Part shown: piece after piece, positions 1 to 9,171 of the stretch
Numbering within the stretch: the first letter of the stretch is position 1
Layout: every line of letters starts with the position of its first letter
Virus record (IMG/VR): IMGVR_UViG_3300012344_000011
Coordinates: 1-64,000 of that record
Strand: one strand, 5' to 3'
Length of the DNA stretch: 64,000 nt
Source: a virus
Lineage: Duplodnaviria; Caudoviricetes
Made by a program: the position numbers and the translations under genes
The notes under the pieces: model-generated
Database searches by the model: none
What the model saw: the letters and a program-made list of their open reading frames with translations, nothing else
Told to the model about the DNA's origin: nothing

Positions 1-1645
1 AAGTAACCCCAGCAGCAGAACCACTAACAGAACCAGCACCAGCCGTTCTTGAAGTAGTTGCAATAGGAATATAAGTAGAGTCAGATGCGGCAGCACCAAC
101 AGTTACACTACCTGCGGTAATACCATGATGTACACTATCGCCATAACCAGCTTGACTAATAGCTACGCTAGCACTAGCACTTCTAGTAACTTCTCCAGTC
201 TTAACTGCAACATATACACCAGAAGTTGGAGCTGTTGTAGTAGCATTACCACTCGCCGCATTCGTTACGCCTGTTGGAACATTTTGTCTTGTAATGGTAG
301 GTGTTACCTTGTCAGTATTGGCAAAATTGATAGAACCAATAATTTTATTTAGCTCTCTTGTAGCAGATGCTTTTTCAGAAGCTTGTCTAGTACCTTCTGT
401 ATTAGAAATATAACCTACATGACTATCAACAACGGTAGGGGCATCAGCCTGAGCAGTAATAGGAATAGAGAATTTACCATTTTCATTGTAGGCAATTGCT
501 CCATTAGCACTAATTGATACAGTACCACTCTTTACAGTTGCATTGTCCATTGTACCTGTAACAGCAACACCATCTTTGTCAAGTAATGTATTACCTTTAC
601 GTAAAGCCGCTGTGCCAGCACCAATTGCAACATCACCAATATTATCAGGAACTAATCTCGCAAGGCTAATCTTATAATCTTCACCAACATAGCCTTTGTT
701 GACATATAAATAATCACCAGAAATTAGGATAGGAGCTAAATCAAGAGCATCCTCTTCAGGCTTACTAAGATCGCGATAAGTTCTTGAGGCTAAAGCATGG
801 TTCGTAAGAGTAGCACCCGCACTTAGAGGATTACTTGCGGTTGTTGCATCTGTGAAACCAGCTGTGTTTGTGATAAGACCAAGACTCTCGCCAACACCAT
901 CGGCATTTCGTTGAAGCCCTGATTTTGTAAATACGGCTTTAGCACCAGCATTAGCAGCTTTTACCTTTACTGTACGTGCGCTAGGATAATAACCAGCACC
1001 AATAGTGACAGTTTGCTCTGAGCCAGGGGTAATTTCTGTAGCAGAAAGAGAAGATGCGTTTAGGCTAACATAACTCTTTGCACTCTTGGAACTCTGTGTG
1101 CCAGTGGCAGAAACCTTTTCTTTGGCGTAACCAGCTGAAACTGATGCGGTTGCAGGTGTAGCAGAAGCATCAGCACTAACACCGATATAATAACCAGAAG
1201 CAGGCTTTGTAGTTGATGTTGTATAAGTACTTGCCACAACAGTAGAAGCAATATCAGTAGAAGTTGTTGCTGATACTGTACTATTGGTAGACGTAGGAGT
1301 AGCCTTTGCAACCCAATAATCCTTAGTAGTACTTGCGATCGGTAGTGAGCCAGGATTTAGATAACCAGCAGAAGTAACTTTTGAATTACCACTACCACTT
1401 GTTGTAATTTTATAACCGCCACTAATTTCTGATGCAGAAAGAGCTACATCATCAGAAGCAGCAGAAGCAGATGCGGCATCAGCACTCGCGGCACCAGCTT
1501 TGATTTTCTCAACAGTAACTTTAATATCTTTATCTACGTATTTGTCTTTTGTGCTGAGAGTAAGAGTTTGTGATTTCTCAGGAGAAGGAGTAATTGCAGG
1601 AACCTCCCAATTAGTTTCTCCTCTAGTAGCTAAATTTTCAGCCAT
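1..1645 (-). CDS. Ala/Thr/Ser/Gly-rich virion (fibre/decoration-like) protein, >548 aa, runs off window; paralogue of 1662-3158 and 52578-54218
   Basis: Hand translation from ATG 1645 (MAENLATRGETNWEVP...) is open to base 1; GGAGG RBS; shares T-x-x-K-Y-V-D-K-x-I, APILISGDYLYVNKGY, DKDG...GTMDN and IGAGYYP motifs with the paralogues. Missing from ORF track because no stop in window. Confidence 0.8.
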   Translation of the reverse strand, partial: MAENLATRGETNWEVPAITPSPEKSQTLTLSTKDKYVDKDIKVTVEKIKAGAASADAASASAASDDVALSASEISGGYKITTSGSGNSKVTSAGYLNPGSLPIASTTKDYWVAKATPTSTNSTVSATTSTDIASTVVASTYTTSTTKPASGYYIGVSADASATPATASVSAGYAKEKVSATGTQSSKSAKSYVSLNASSLSATEITPGSEQTVTIGAGYYPSARTVKVKAANAGAKAVFTKSGLQRNADGVGESLGLITNTAGFTDATTASNPLSAGATLTNHALASRTYRDLSKPEEDALDLAPILISGDYLYVNKGYVGEDYKISLARLVPDNIGDVAIGAGTAALRKGNTLLDKDGVAVTGTMDNATVKSGTVSISANGAIAYNENGKFSIPITAQADAPTVVDSHVGYISNTEGTRQASEKASATRELNKIIGSINFANTDKVTPTITRQNVPTGVTNAASGNATTTAPTSGVYVAVKTGEVTRSASASVAISQAGYGDSVHHGITAGSVTVGAAASDSTYIPIATTSRTAGAGSVSGSAAGVT

Positions 1646-1661
1646 ATAATAAGCCTCCTAT

Positions 1662-3158
1662 TTATTTGATTGTAACTGTTCCAGTATAAACTTCAAGGTA
1701 CTTGATCGCTGGTTGAGTAATACTCTCAAGGACTTTACCTGTTTCACCAGCAGCCGTACCTTTGAATTCTACATAGACTTTAGATTCTTCTTTTGCGGTA
1801 ACCAATGCAGGATTCGTATAAGTATCAGGTGCCGCACCTAATTCAAGACCAGCTGTTACTACTGTATTACCAACACTGGTAGAAGCAGAGGGTACAGTGA
1901 ATGTTCTTTCTGTTGGATAATAACCAGCACCAATTGACAATGTTGAGCCACCAACTAAAGTTGAGCCAGATGCTACACTACTTGAAGATTGAGCAATCTC
2001 ACCAACAACAACATTATCGGCAGTTCCCGTAAAGTTATCTTTGTTTCTAACTGCGCCATCTTCTGTGGGTAAGAAATCAAGATCAAGAGTCTTCGCAGAA
2101 ACACTATAGGTTTTTTGAATACCGTCTTTATTAACAGTAGAACTAATAGTCAAGTTACTGTCTGGAATTGTAACAGAAGCACTAAAACCATATTTTGTAA
2201 GTGCGGGAATCTCTGTCGTAATCGTTCCACCGCTAGTATAGCCAGCAGGAATAGTTTGTGTAAAATCTAAACTATTGACTTTGATTTCACCTAAACCACC
2301 ATTGTCAGGCATCGTACCAACAAGTTTTTTACCATCTACATCATAAGCAATTTTACTTGCTAAAATATTAGCTTCACCGATAGTAGCTTGATCTGCACTA
2401 CCCTCTAACATTTGATCTAAAGTAATTTTAGTTGCGGGCAAATAACCCTCTTCAATATAAAGAGCACCTTCACTAGGGATTACAACAGAAGTGTTTTCTG
2501 TATAAGCTACACCAGCTTTTGCCGCATTACCTAAAGAACTTGACGCAATTGGAATCGTATAAACGGTACTCTTGCCACCTTTGATATTGTTGCTTACAGA
2601 AATCTCTTCTGCGTTGCCATAATAACCAGGCGTGCCAGCCGCATTGATATAATCTGCCAAAGCAAAATCCGCAACAGAAGCTTCCGCATTGATGTAATAA
2701 GCATTATCTTCACCAGTAGCAACCTTTGCAGTACCACTAATACCAATAATAGAATTTGGAACTACTGTCTTACCTTCTTTTGGACTGACAGAAATAACAG
2801 TTGCAGGAATATTTCCACTTGTAGAGACATTTACTGTAATGTTATAACTACCTTGACCTGGATAAACCACACTGTCAGTAAAACCTTTTTTAATAATTGA
2901 AGCTTCAATAGGGAAAGCATCAGTTTCATTGAAGTGCTCTGTCTTTACTCCTGAAACAGGATATGTATTTGTAATTTTATTTTTTTCCCCAACGGTTGCT
3001 GCCGCTGCTACATCAAAAGTTTTACTAAAATCACCTTGAGCAGTAGCTTCTGCCGCAGGAATAATAAGATTGATATTTCTATCTACAAATTTACCAGCTG
3101 TAGCAAACTCATAAGTACCAGACTTACTTGCTTCTGCTTGAAAAAATTTTTCAGCCAT
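1662..3158 (-). CDS. Virion fibre/decoration-like protein (498 aa), paralogue family
   Basis: ORF with GGAGG RBS; motifs TAGKFVDRNI, GALYIEEGY, YDVDGKKLVGTM, IGAGYYP; C-terminal EVYTG. Confidence 0.7.
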   Translation of the reverse strand: MAEKFFQAEASKSGTYEFATAGKFVDRNINLIIPAAEATAQGDFSKTFDVAAAATVGEKNKITNTYPVSGVKTEHFNETDAFPIEASIIKKGFTDSVVYPGQGSYNITVNVSTSGNIPATVISVSPKEGKTVVPNSIIGISGTAKVATGEDNAYYINAEASVADFALADYINAAGTPGYYGNAEEISVSNNIKGGKSTVYTIPIASSSLGNAAKAGVAYTENTSVVIPSEGALYIEEGYLPATKITLDQMLEGSADQATIGEANILASKIAYDVDGKKLVGTMPDNGGLGEIKVNSLDFTQTIPAGYTSGGTITTEIPALTKYGFSASVTIPDSNLTISSTVNKDGIQKTYSVSAKTLDLDFLPTEDGAVRNKDNFTGTADNVVVGEIAQSSSSVASGSTLVGGSTLSIGAGYYPTERTFTVPSASTSVGNTVVTAGLELGAAPDTYTNPALVTAKEESKVYVEFKGTAAGETGKVLESITQPAIKYLEVYTGTVTIK

Positions 3159-3168
3159 TCTACCTCCT

Positions 3169-3501
3169 TTATGTTATATTTTTTTCACCATCATATACTT
3201 CTATAATAACATCTTTAGTTCCATCATAGACAGTATCTCCAATAGTAAGGGTATGAGATAGTTTGCCATCTTCAAAAAACTTTCCAATTTCCTCTTGGTT
3301 TGCTTTACATTGCTGAATTGCTTCATATACAGCTTTATTTGCAATAGGATTTTCTGATTCTCCATTGAGTTCTGTATCAACAATAATCTTAGACATAACA
3401 AAGCTATTTCCAAGAGAGCCTGATAACTTTATCGGTGTTACCAATGTGCCAGAAATTGTTTTTGTTCCTAAACTTGTTTCGAGCTTACTAACTTGGGACA
3501 T
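3169..3501 (-). CDS. Small virion-associated protein
   Basis: VDTELNGESENPIANKAV motif typical of phage structural proteins; C-terminus LTIGDTVYDGTKDVIIEVYDGE similar to 54249-54509. Confidence 0.6.
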   Translation of the reverse strand: MSQVSKLETSLGTKTISGTLVTPIKLSGSLGNSFVMSKIIVDTELNGESENPIANKAVYEAIQQCKANQEEIGKFFEDGKLSHTLTIGDTVYDGTKDVIIEVYDGEKNIT

Positions 3502-3817
3502 TGGTTGTCACCTCTTCTGTTACTACAAAAGTACTTGGCTTTATAATAGTAAACACTCTACCATTTGATTGAGACAACTGAACATCATACTTATATTTAC
3601 CATATGGAAGTTTTGTATCTTGCGGCGTTAGCTCACAATAAAGACCAGTATTCTTATCCATTTGTTTTTGAATCAACACCGCGTCATTTATATCGGTCGT
3701 TTTCTTAACTGTAAACGTGATAATGTCGCCTTCTTCTAACTCATACGGTTCACCATTGCTATCAATGTTAACTATGATAGGAAGAGTATCGCCTCTTGTT
3801 ACACTTAATGACGCCAC
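3488..3817 (-). CDS. BppU N-terminal-like (baseplate upper/fibre adaptor) protein
   Basis: GTG 3817 after GGAGG; TRGDT...FTVKK...LTPQDT...GKYKYDVQL...F.V.EEVT pattern. Confidence 0.6.
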   Translation of the reverse strand: MASLSVTRGDTLPIIVNIDSNGEPYELEEGDIITFTVKKTTDINDAVLIQKQMDKNTGLYCELTPQDTKLPYGKYKYDVQLSQSNGRVFTIIKPSTFVVTEEVTTNVPS

Positions 3818-3855
3818 TCTATACCTCCTTCCAATTTTTAAAACACTATCATAAG

Positions 3856-3896
3856 TATTTGAAAAACAATAAATACAAATTACTGTTTTTTGTCCA
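3856..3896 (-). promoter_or_regulatory. Phage-specific (putative late) promoter motif TKGRCAWA-N6-TAA-N18-YAWATA
   Basis: TGGACAAA-aaacag-TAA-N18-CAAATA; same spacing at 9090-9130(-), 43513-43553(+), 57986-58026(-). Confidence 0.55.
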
Positions 3897-3902
3897 AGCA
3901 AT

Positions 3903-3940
3903 AAAAAAACCTCTGGTATTTTACCAGAGGTTACTTTTTC
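3903..3940 (-). terminator. Intrinsic terminator
   Basis: aacctctggta-ttt-taccagaggtt hairpin followed by T-run on minus strand. Confidence 0.7.
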
Positions 3941-4482
3941 TTCTTCAAATCTTCTATAATTTGATCGAGCAAAACTGGAGTATTGTTATGTGCGTCAAGT
4001 TCAACATGATAACAAATCATTTCATCATTGAAATCATAAAATTTATTTGCGGTGTGAGTATGTCCGCAAATATTTATGACTCGTTTGCCTCTTATAAAAT
4101 CATCATAATTAGATGTTCTTGAGGGGTAATGAGAAAGATAAAAACTCCATTTCTTATATTTCAATATAGTTGCATATCCGCAAATTTCATCTACATTCCA
4201 AAGGTCATTATAGATTTCTTTGCGAACATCAGTATCATGATTTCCAAAGATAATGTGAAGATGCCCTTTTAGTTGAGAAAGACACTTTTTACCATGCTCA
4301 TTATCGCCAAGCATTAAATCTCCAAGGATATAAACATGATCCTCTGGATTGACAAGAGAGTTCCAATTTTTTATAATAGCTTCATCATGCTCCCAGATAT
4401 TTTTGAAACTTCTAGGAGCATAAAGAAAGGGCTTATCATGTCCAAAGTGAAGATCGCTTGTCATATAGATTTTTTCTACCAT
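3931..4482 (-). CDS. Calcineurin-like metallophosphoesterase
   Basis: SDLHFGH, LGD, GNHD, SHYP, GHTH motifs. Confidence 0.9.
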   Translation of the reverse strand: MVEKIYMTSDLHFGHDKPFLYAPRSFKNIWEHDEAIIKNWNSLVNPEDHVYILGDLMLGDNEHGKKCLSQLKGHLHIIFGNHDTDVRKEIYNDLWNVDEICGYATILKYKKWSFYLSHYPSRTSNYDDFIRGKRVINICGHTHTANKFYDFNDEMICYHVELDAHNNTPVLLDQIIEDLKKKK

Positions 4483-4500
4483 TTGCTCACATCAACCTTC

Positions 4501-5742
4501 TTACTGTGAGTGCTTTAGTAAATACTTTCGACTAACATTTTTGAAACTAAAATTAGGGTCAGTGGTTTTATAATATACATATCCTTCTTGAGTACATTTC
4601 TTGTTTCCCTCGCACTCTTCAGGAGGATAATAACCATCAGCAGAAAGTTTGAATTCTTCAAAATCATCTGGCATGACATACGCAGGATCAAGTATTGCTA
4701 CAGATTCCATATCATACTCGTTCCAAATTTCTTTTGCTTTCAAAATATCATACTTTCCAACAGAAGAATCAATGAAATGGAATAAGAATAAATGAATATC
4801 CTTTAGCTTATGCGGGTTTCCTTGAATACTAGGTCCGCACAATTCACCTTGCCAGCAAACATACTTAAGGTTAGGGTGCTTTTTCAGATAATCCTTTAGC
4901 TTATTTTCAATGTCATACTTCTTAGCAGCTTTCCAGTAATAGTTTTCTTTATGGAAACAATCCTGGTCAGGAGTTAGCTGCCGCACCTTGCGGCTACATA
5001 CATAAAACTCAAACCCTTTACGCTTACGCTCAAGAATATAAGTAGCACTACTTCCATCACACTTAGAAGTCTTGATATAAGGAGTCTTGTCCTCAAGAAC
5101 CCAAGGCATATTTTCACAACGCTCTTGGTCTGTTGGAACAATATAAGGCATATGATTTGGAAAACGCTTTTTATTTTCGCTCTTGTTCTTACCAAAAAAC
5201 AAAAATAAAAATTTCTTTCCCCATTCATGCTGCATCAAGAAACGATAAGGCTGCTTCTTGAATAACTTAGCATTGCGGCTAACCATACTTCTATACTTAT
5301 CTACGCCCTTACCTTTTCGATCGTTGTCAGCTGGATCCGCATATACAACTCCAAGAGCATCAGTAAGAAAAATATGATTTACATTTTCTCCTTTTGCCAT
5401 ACGCTTTTCTAGCTTGACCAACCAATCTGGCTTTTCTCCATTTACACAAAAATCTTGAAAAGACATTAGCAATCCTTGGCTAATGACAGTTCCCTTGAAA
5501 TATTTCTGCGTCTTTACTTTGAAATGCTTTGACTCAAGAAATAAGAATGGTTCTCGTGCGGGAACTCTAGAATCAATTTCAAAATAGACTGCATAATCGC
5601 CAGGAAGAAAAACATTCTTACGTACCATGATACGCCAGCCACCGACAACAGCAATTTCAACATTATCTGCTCCGTCAATAGGCTTGATATCATCTACTGT
5701 AACAACATAGCACAACTCTCGAATAGACTTCTCGTTAAGCAT
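4501..5742 (-). CDS. RNA ligase, DRB0094/Rnl5-like
   Basis: N-terminal OB-like IKPIDGAD...AVYFEIDS...SQGLL; nucleotidyltransferase motifs KCDGSSAT, QGELCG, EGYVY, SFK..S..YLLK. Confidence 0.85.
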   Translation of the reverse strand: MLNEKSIRELCYVVTVDDIKPIDGADNVEIAVVGGWRIMVRKNVFLPGDYAVYFEIDSRVPAREPFLFLESKHFKVKTQKYFKGTVISQGLLMSFQDFCVNGEKPDWLVKLEKRMAKGENVNHIFLTDALGVVYADPADNDRKGKGVDKYRSMVSRNAKLFKKQPYRFLMQHEWGKKFLFLFFGKNKSENKKRFPNHMPYIVPTDQERCENMPWVLEDKTPYIKTSKCDGSSATYILERKRKGFEFYVCSRKVRQLTPDQDCFHKENYYWKAAKKYDIENKLKDYLKKHPNLKYVCWQGELCGPSIQGNPHKLKDIHLFLFHFIDSSVGKYDILKAKEIWNEYDMESVAILDPAYVMPDDFEEFKLSADGYYPPEECEGNKKCTQEGYVYYKTTDPNFSFKNVSRKYLLKHSQ

Positions 5743-5932
5743 TTTTCCTCCTTCTAATCTGCGTCAGGGTTTATCCACTCTTCTATCAATTCATCATTTT
5801 TATATAGTTTCCAACAACGCCAATCGTTTTGATAAAGGCTTGTCCAATTCTTTGCTCCGTCAAATTCAAAAAAATAAGATTCGTACCAAGCGCACAAATC
5901 ATCTTCATACTTGAGAACAAAAAATTCTTCCA

Positions 5933-6205
5933 TTAGTCAAAATATCCTTCCGCAATTTTAATAGAACCATCGTGATTATAAAGAACAGTAACAGCTCCAT
6001 TATAATATAGATATTCTACACCAGTTTCAGCATCAACAAAAGTTTTCATTAAATATTCTTCTTGAAGAATAGAGAATCTTGGTGAACCTGAATAAGTTCT
6101 AATCATCTCTTCCTCACTACAGCCATGTAAACATTGTAGACCAAAAGAAACAACTAATGATAATGTAACTATGAGAATAACATTTCTTTTATTCCCAATA
6201 GTCAT
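5933..6205 (-). CDS. Small secreted/lipoprotein-like hypothetical protein
   Basis: Hydrophobic N-terminus, GC lipobox-like, VDAETGVEY motif. Confidence 0.55.
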   Translation of the reverse strand: MTIGNKRNVILIVTLSLVVSFGLQCLHGCSEEEMIRTYSGSPRFSILQEEYLMKTFVDAETGVEYLYYNGAVTVLYNHDGSIKIAEGYFD

Positions 6206-6949
6206 AGTCATCATACCCATCTTCTTGCCAACCTTCATCTTGGTAAGCAAGATACTGATCCTCTGTTAGACCAAAATTATCTCCAAGAGACTCAATGAAA
6301 TCATATTCATACTCTTCATATACATAATCACTAAGCATAATATCCTTTCTCTTAACTATAAATAGTTATAACATAATTACATATCTGCCGTCAACTAGTT
6401 TTAGAACCAATCAATTTCTGGTTTTTGTCTCGCAGCGTGATATTCTCCAAGAGTCAGAATAGCAACAATTTTCCGTCCGGTAGAAGCATATCTTCAAGCT
6501 CCTTCGCGGCAATGTTCACTGAACTTAGTCCTTGTCCACTAGTAGTCAAAATATTATCGCCATTCTCTGAATGGTATGAATGCTGCACATCAACACGACT
6601 TAGTAATTCATTGCGGCGATAAAGTGTTCTGCAAGCTTATCATTTAGAAGTTCAGGATTTTTATCATTCAAAAAACTCTTAATATCTTTACATACTACTT
6701 GCAATAAATCTGACAAATTCATATTACGATAAAAGTTTTCTACAGAAGATTTATTCATCTTCATTCACCTTTAAATGTTCTCGCTTAAACTTACCCTCTT
6801 TGCGGAAGTCGTTTTTGTATTCTTTTTTATAGTTTTTTTGTTTTGGACTTTTAGATTTGCGGCTAATTTTTTGAACTACTTCATACGTTTCATCCTCATC
6901 ATAGTCCATATAATCAAACATATCAGACCTTTCACTATAATATTACGCT

Positions 6950-7035
6950 TGGTCCACGGAGCAAGGATCGAACTTACTTGTCATTTTCATGAAACAGATT
7001 ATGAGTCTGCTGCCACCCCATTTGGCATTCCGTGG
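6950..7035 (-). tRNA. tRNA with CAU anticodon (Met or Ile2), long variable arm, encoded CCA
   Basis: ccacgga/tccgtgg acceptor, gcc/ggc D stem, gcaga-ctCATaa-tctgt, extra arm tcat-gaaa-atga, gtaag-ttcgatc-cttgc, A73-CCA. Confidence 0.8.
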
Positions 7036-7285
7036 ATTGAAGGTTTCCTGTCTCTTGGCTCCGTTCACCTACAACCCTGAGTCCTTGATCCAACGCGACA
7101 ATGAAGCGCTTCTCGTTTTTCCAGTTAATGCCAACTGTGCCAGCCCGCCGATCAAGTTCCACGTAACACGCTCTCCAAATGCTATTTTTCTAAGATAAGT
7201 CTCGGCATTGATTCTTACCTATACCTTCGGTCAAAAGGTGATCCATCGACTTTTGTCTCAAGCGGATCTTAACGACCATTGTTCA
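7036..7285 (-). ncRNA. Candidate structured ncRNA upstream of tRNA(CAU)
   Basis: GC-richer non-coding 250 nt with nested stems (gatcc/ggatc, cttgatc/gatcaag, cagtt/aactg, aatgc/gcatt). Confidence 0.4.
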
Positions 7286-7732
7286 CTAAAAGATTTTTTC
7301 GTTTGCATATCCATCTTCTGTAGTATAATATATATCTTTGATGCCCATGTCCCGCAAAGCATTCATACAAGCTTTGCAAGGACGAGACAATCCTTGCCCT
7401 AAACTCTTACCAGGACAAATTCTATAGATATAAACATTAACCTTTTTCCAATCTACTGTGTTTGCTATTGGATAAGGTATAGATTTCAATGCCGCAATTT
7501 CTGCATGAATTGAATGTTTGATTGGCTTTTCAGTATGATTGAAATGACGATAAGAATTATATTTTTTCTGTACTGTATCAGATTTATCTCTATTGGAACC
7601 TTGTCCAATGACATGCCCTTTATAAACAATCACACAGCCAACATGGACATTTCTGTAATCTGAAGTTGTTGCTTCTTTTCTTGCCATTTCAAAAAACTTG
7701 TAATTCTTTTTACTCAAAGTCATTTCATTCAT
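7286..7732 (-). CDS. Zn-dependent nucleoside/tRNA deaminase (CDA/TadA/dCMP deaminase fold)
   Basis: HVGCVIV, HAE, PCKAC motifs; own sigma70-type promoter at 7753-7782. Confidence 0.85.
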   Translation of the reverse strand: MNEMTLSKKNYKFFEMARKEATTSDYRNVHVGCVIVYKGHVIGQGSNRDKSDTVQKKYNSYRHFNHTEKPIKHSIHAEIAALKSIPYPIANTVDWKKVNVYIYRICPGKSLGQGLSRPCKACMNALRDMGIKDIYYTTEDGYANEKIF

Positions 7733-7793
7733 TCCCTTTCCCTTATTAAAATATTATAACATATTTTTTATAAGGGTGTCAATAAATTTATTT

Positions 7794-7867
7794 TGGTGCT
7801 GCATGAAGGTAACGCTCCCTCGTATGCTGCTTACAAAACAGCTATTCTACTTTTGAACTAAGGTAGC
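7794..7867 (-). tRNA. tRNA-Thr(UGU), possibly degenerate
   Basis: gctgt-ttTGTaa-gcagc anticodon arm, D arm, CCA end; two acceptor mismatches and non-canonical T loop (agcgtta). Confidence 0.65.
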
Positions 7868-7868
7868 A

Positions 7869-7938
7869 TTCTTAGAGAAGTTTCTTAGTAAGAAAAAAAT
7901 AAAAAGAGAAAGGAAAGACTAAGAAACTTCTCTAAGAA
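7869..7938. repeat. Perfect 21-bp inverted repeat with 28-nt purine/pyrimidine-skewed loop
   Basis: ttcttagagaagtttcttagt (7869-7889) / actaagaaacttctctaagaa (7918-7938). Confidence 0.9.
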
Positions 7939-7939
7939 G

Positions 7940-8270
7940 GGTGTTTTTGTTTTCGCAGAACTCACCAATCTGCGGCGTTTCTTTTCTCAAGTGCGCATCT
8001 TGGGTCAATTATCTTGAGCGACCATCTCATTGGTTGATATTATAGTGCAACTCCATCAAAGCACTTTTAAGTATTCCCCCACTCCTGGTCTGGGGACATT
8101 CCCCAAGTACACTTCTTTTCAAAGCGTGGAGGACCGTACAGATTTGCGCAATGCATATCATGCGGAGTCCAAGCATTGTGATCATCAATGCCCACCACAG
8201 GCTTCCCTTGCGATGTTGCCTAGTACTATTAATACTCGACCAACAAAGTTATTTGATATATCTCTCAACC
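7940..8270 (-). ncRNA. Candidate structured ncRNA under its own promoter
   Basis: TTGACA-18-TATAAT at 8310-8281; multiple hairpins (gcattg/caatgc, tgggga/tcccca, agtgc/gcact, cgcaga/tctgcg) and possible pseudoknot; no credible ORF. Confidence 0.45.
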
Positions 8271-8328
8271 TTGTAAATATATTATAACATATTTTTAATT
8301 TGGTTGTCAAAAAGTTTTTTATACAAAA

Positions 8329-9042
8329 TTAGTACCAACCATTATTCTGCCAGAAATTATGCGCATTTTCCCAAGAGCCATATCTACCTTCAACATATTC
8401 GTTAGCTTTTTCTTCTTGGATAGCATGTCCCTCTTCTGTATTTAGAATAAAATCTTTATCATAACCATCAAACCAACCATTGCTTAGTTGATAACGTCCC
8501 CAATATTGACCGTTGGTTGCGTCATAGCTTCCTCTACTTTCATACCAAGCAATTTGTTCTTTCGCATCACCACTTGATAATTCACTGCTATAATCATAAT
8601 TATAATTATTATTATAAGTATAATAAGATTGTTTTTGCGCCTCTTCTGCGGCGATCTTTGCGGCTTCAGCGTTTGCCGTAAGTTCTTCAATCTCAATTAC
8701 AAAACCGTTTAGATTTTCTTCTATAGTCGCACTCATAATTCTTTCACGTAGTTCTTTTATATAGACTAAATCTTCTTCTGTAAACCAATCTTGCCAAGTT
8801 TCAGTTTGTTCGTCCAAGAGAAGAACAACTTCTGTTTTTGTTGTATTGAACTCATTTATTTTTATTTGCTCAAGAACTTTTTCTTCTTCTGCAATTCTAA
8901 CTTTTTCTTCTTGCTCAAGCTGTGCTTGTAATTGTTCCTGTTGGTGATTGCTCCAAAGAGTATAGCTGCAACCGCACACAACTAAGCAACATAAAACAAC
9001 AATACAAATTATTTTCACTTTTCCTGTAAGTAATTCTTTCAA
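8329..9042 (-). CDS. Membrane-anchored coiled-coil protein with C-terminal lysozyme-like (Apf/Rpf-like transglycosylase) domain
   Basis: N-terminal TM; AKEQIAWYESRGSYDATNGQYWGRYQL...YVEGRYGSWENAHNFWQNNGWY. Confidence 0.8.
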   Translation of the reverse strand: MKELLTGKVKIICIVVLCCLVVCGCSYTLWSNHQQEQLQAQLEQEEKVRIAEEEKVLEQIKINEFNTTKTEVVLLLDEQTETWQDWFTEEDLVYIKELRERIMSATIEENLNGFVIEIEELTANAEAAKIAAEEAQKQSYYTYNNNYNYDYSSELSSGDAKEQIAWYESRGSYDATNGQYWGRYQLSNGWFDGYDKDFILNTEEGHAIQEEKANEYVEGRYGSWENAHNFWQNNGWY

Positions 9043-9171
9043 AAGAATCTCCTTCCATTCAAATGCATAATTATTTATGCGTTATATTTTATATAAGATT
9101 AGGCTAACATTCTTTATAAGTTTATGTCAAAAAAATAAGCCTCAACCTTATAAAAATTGAGGCTATTATTT

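Noticed and set aside
6400-6765. Possible gene on minus strand
   Set aside because: Could not obtain a consistent frame in either code; left unannotated
7036-8270. tmRNA or RNase P RNA
   Set aside because: No tRNA-Ala-like termini/tag frame and no RNase P P4 consensus recognised
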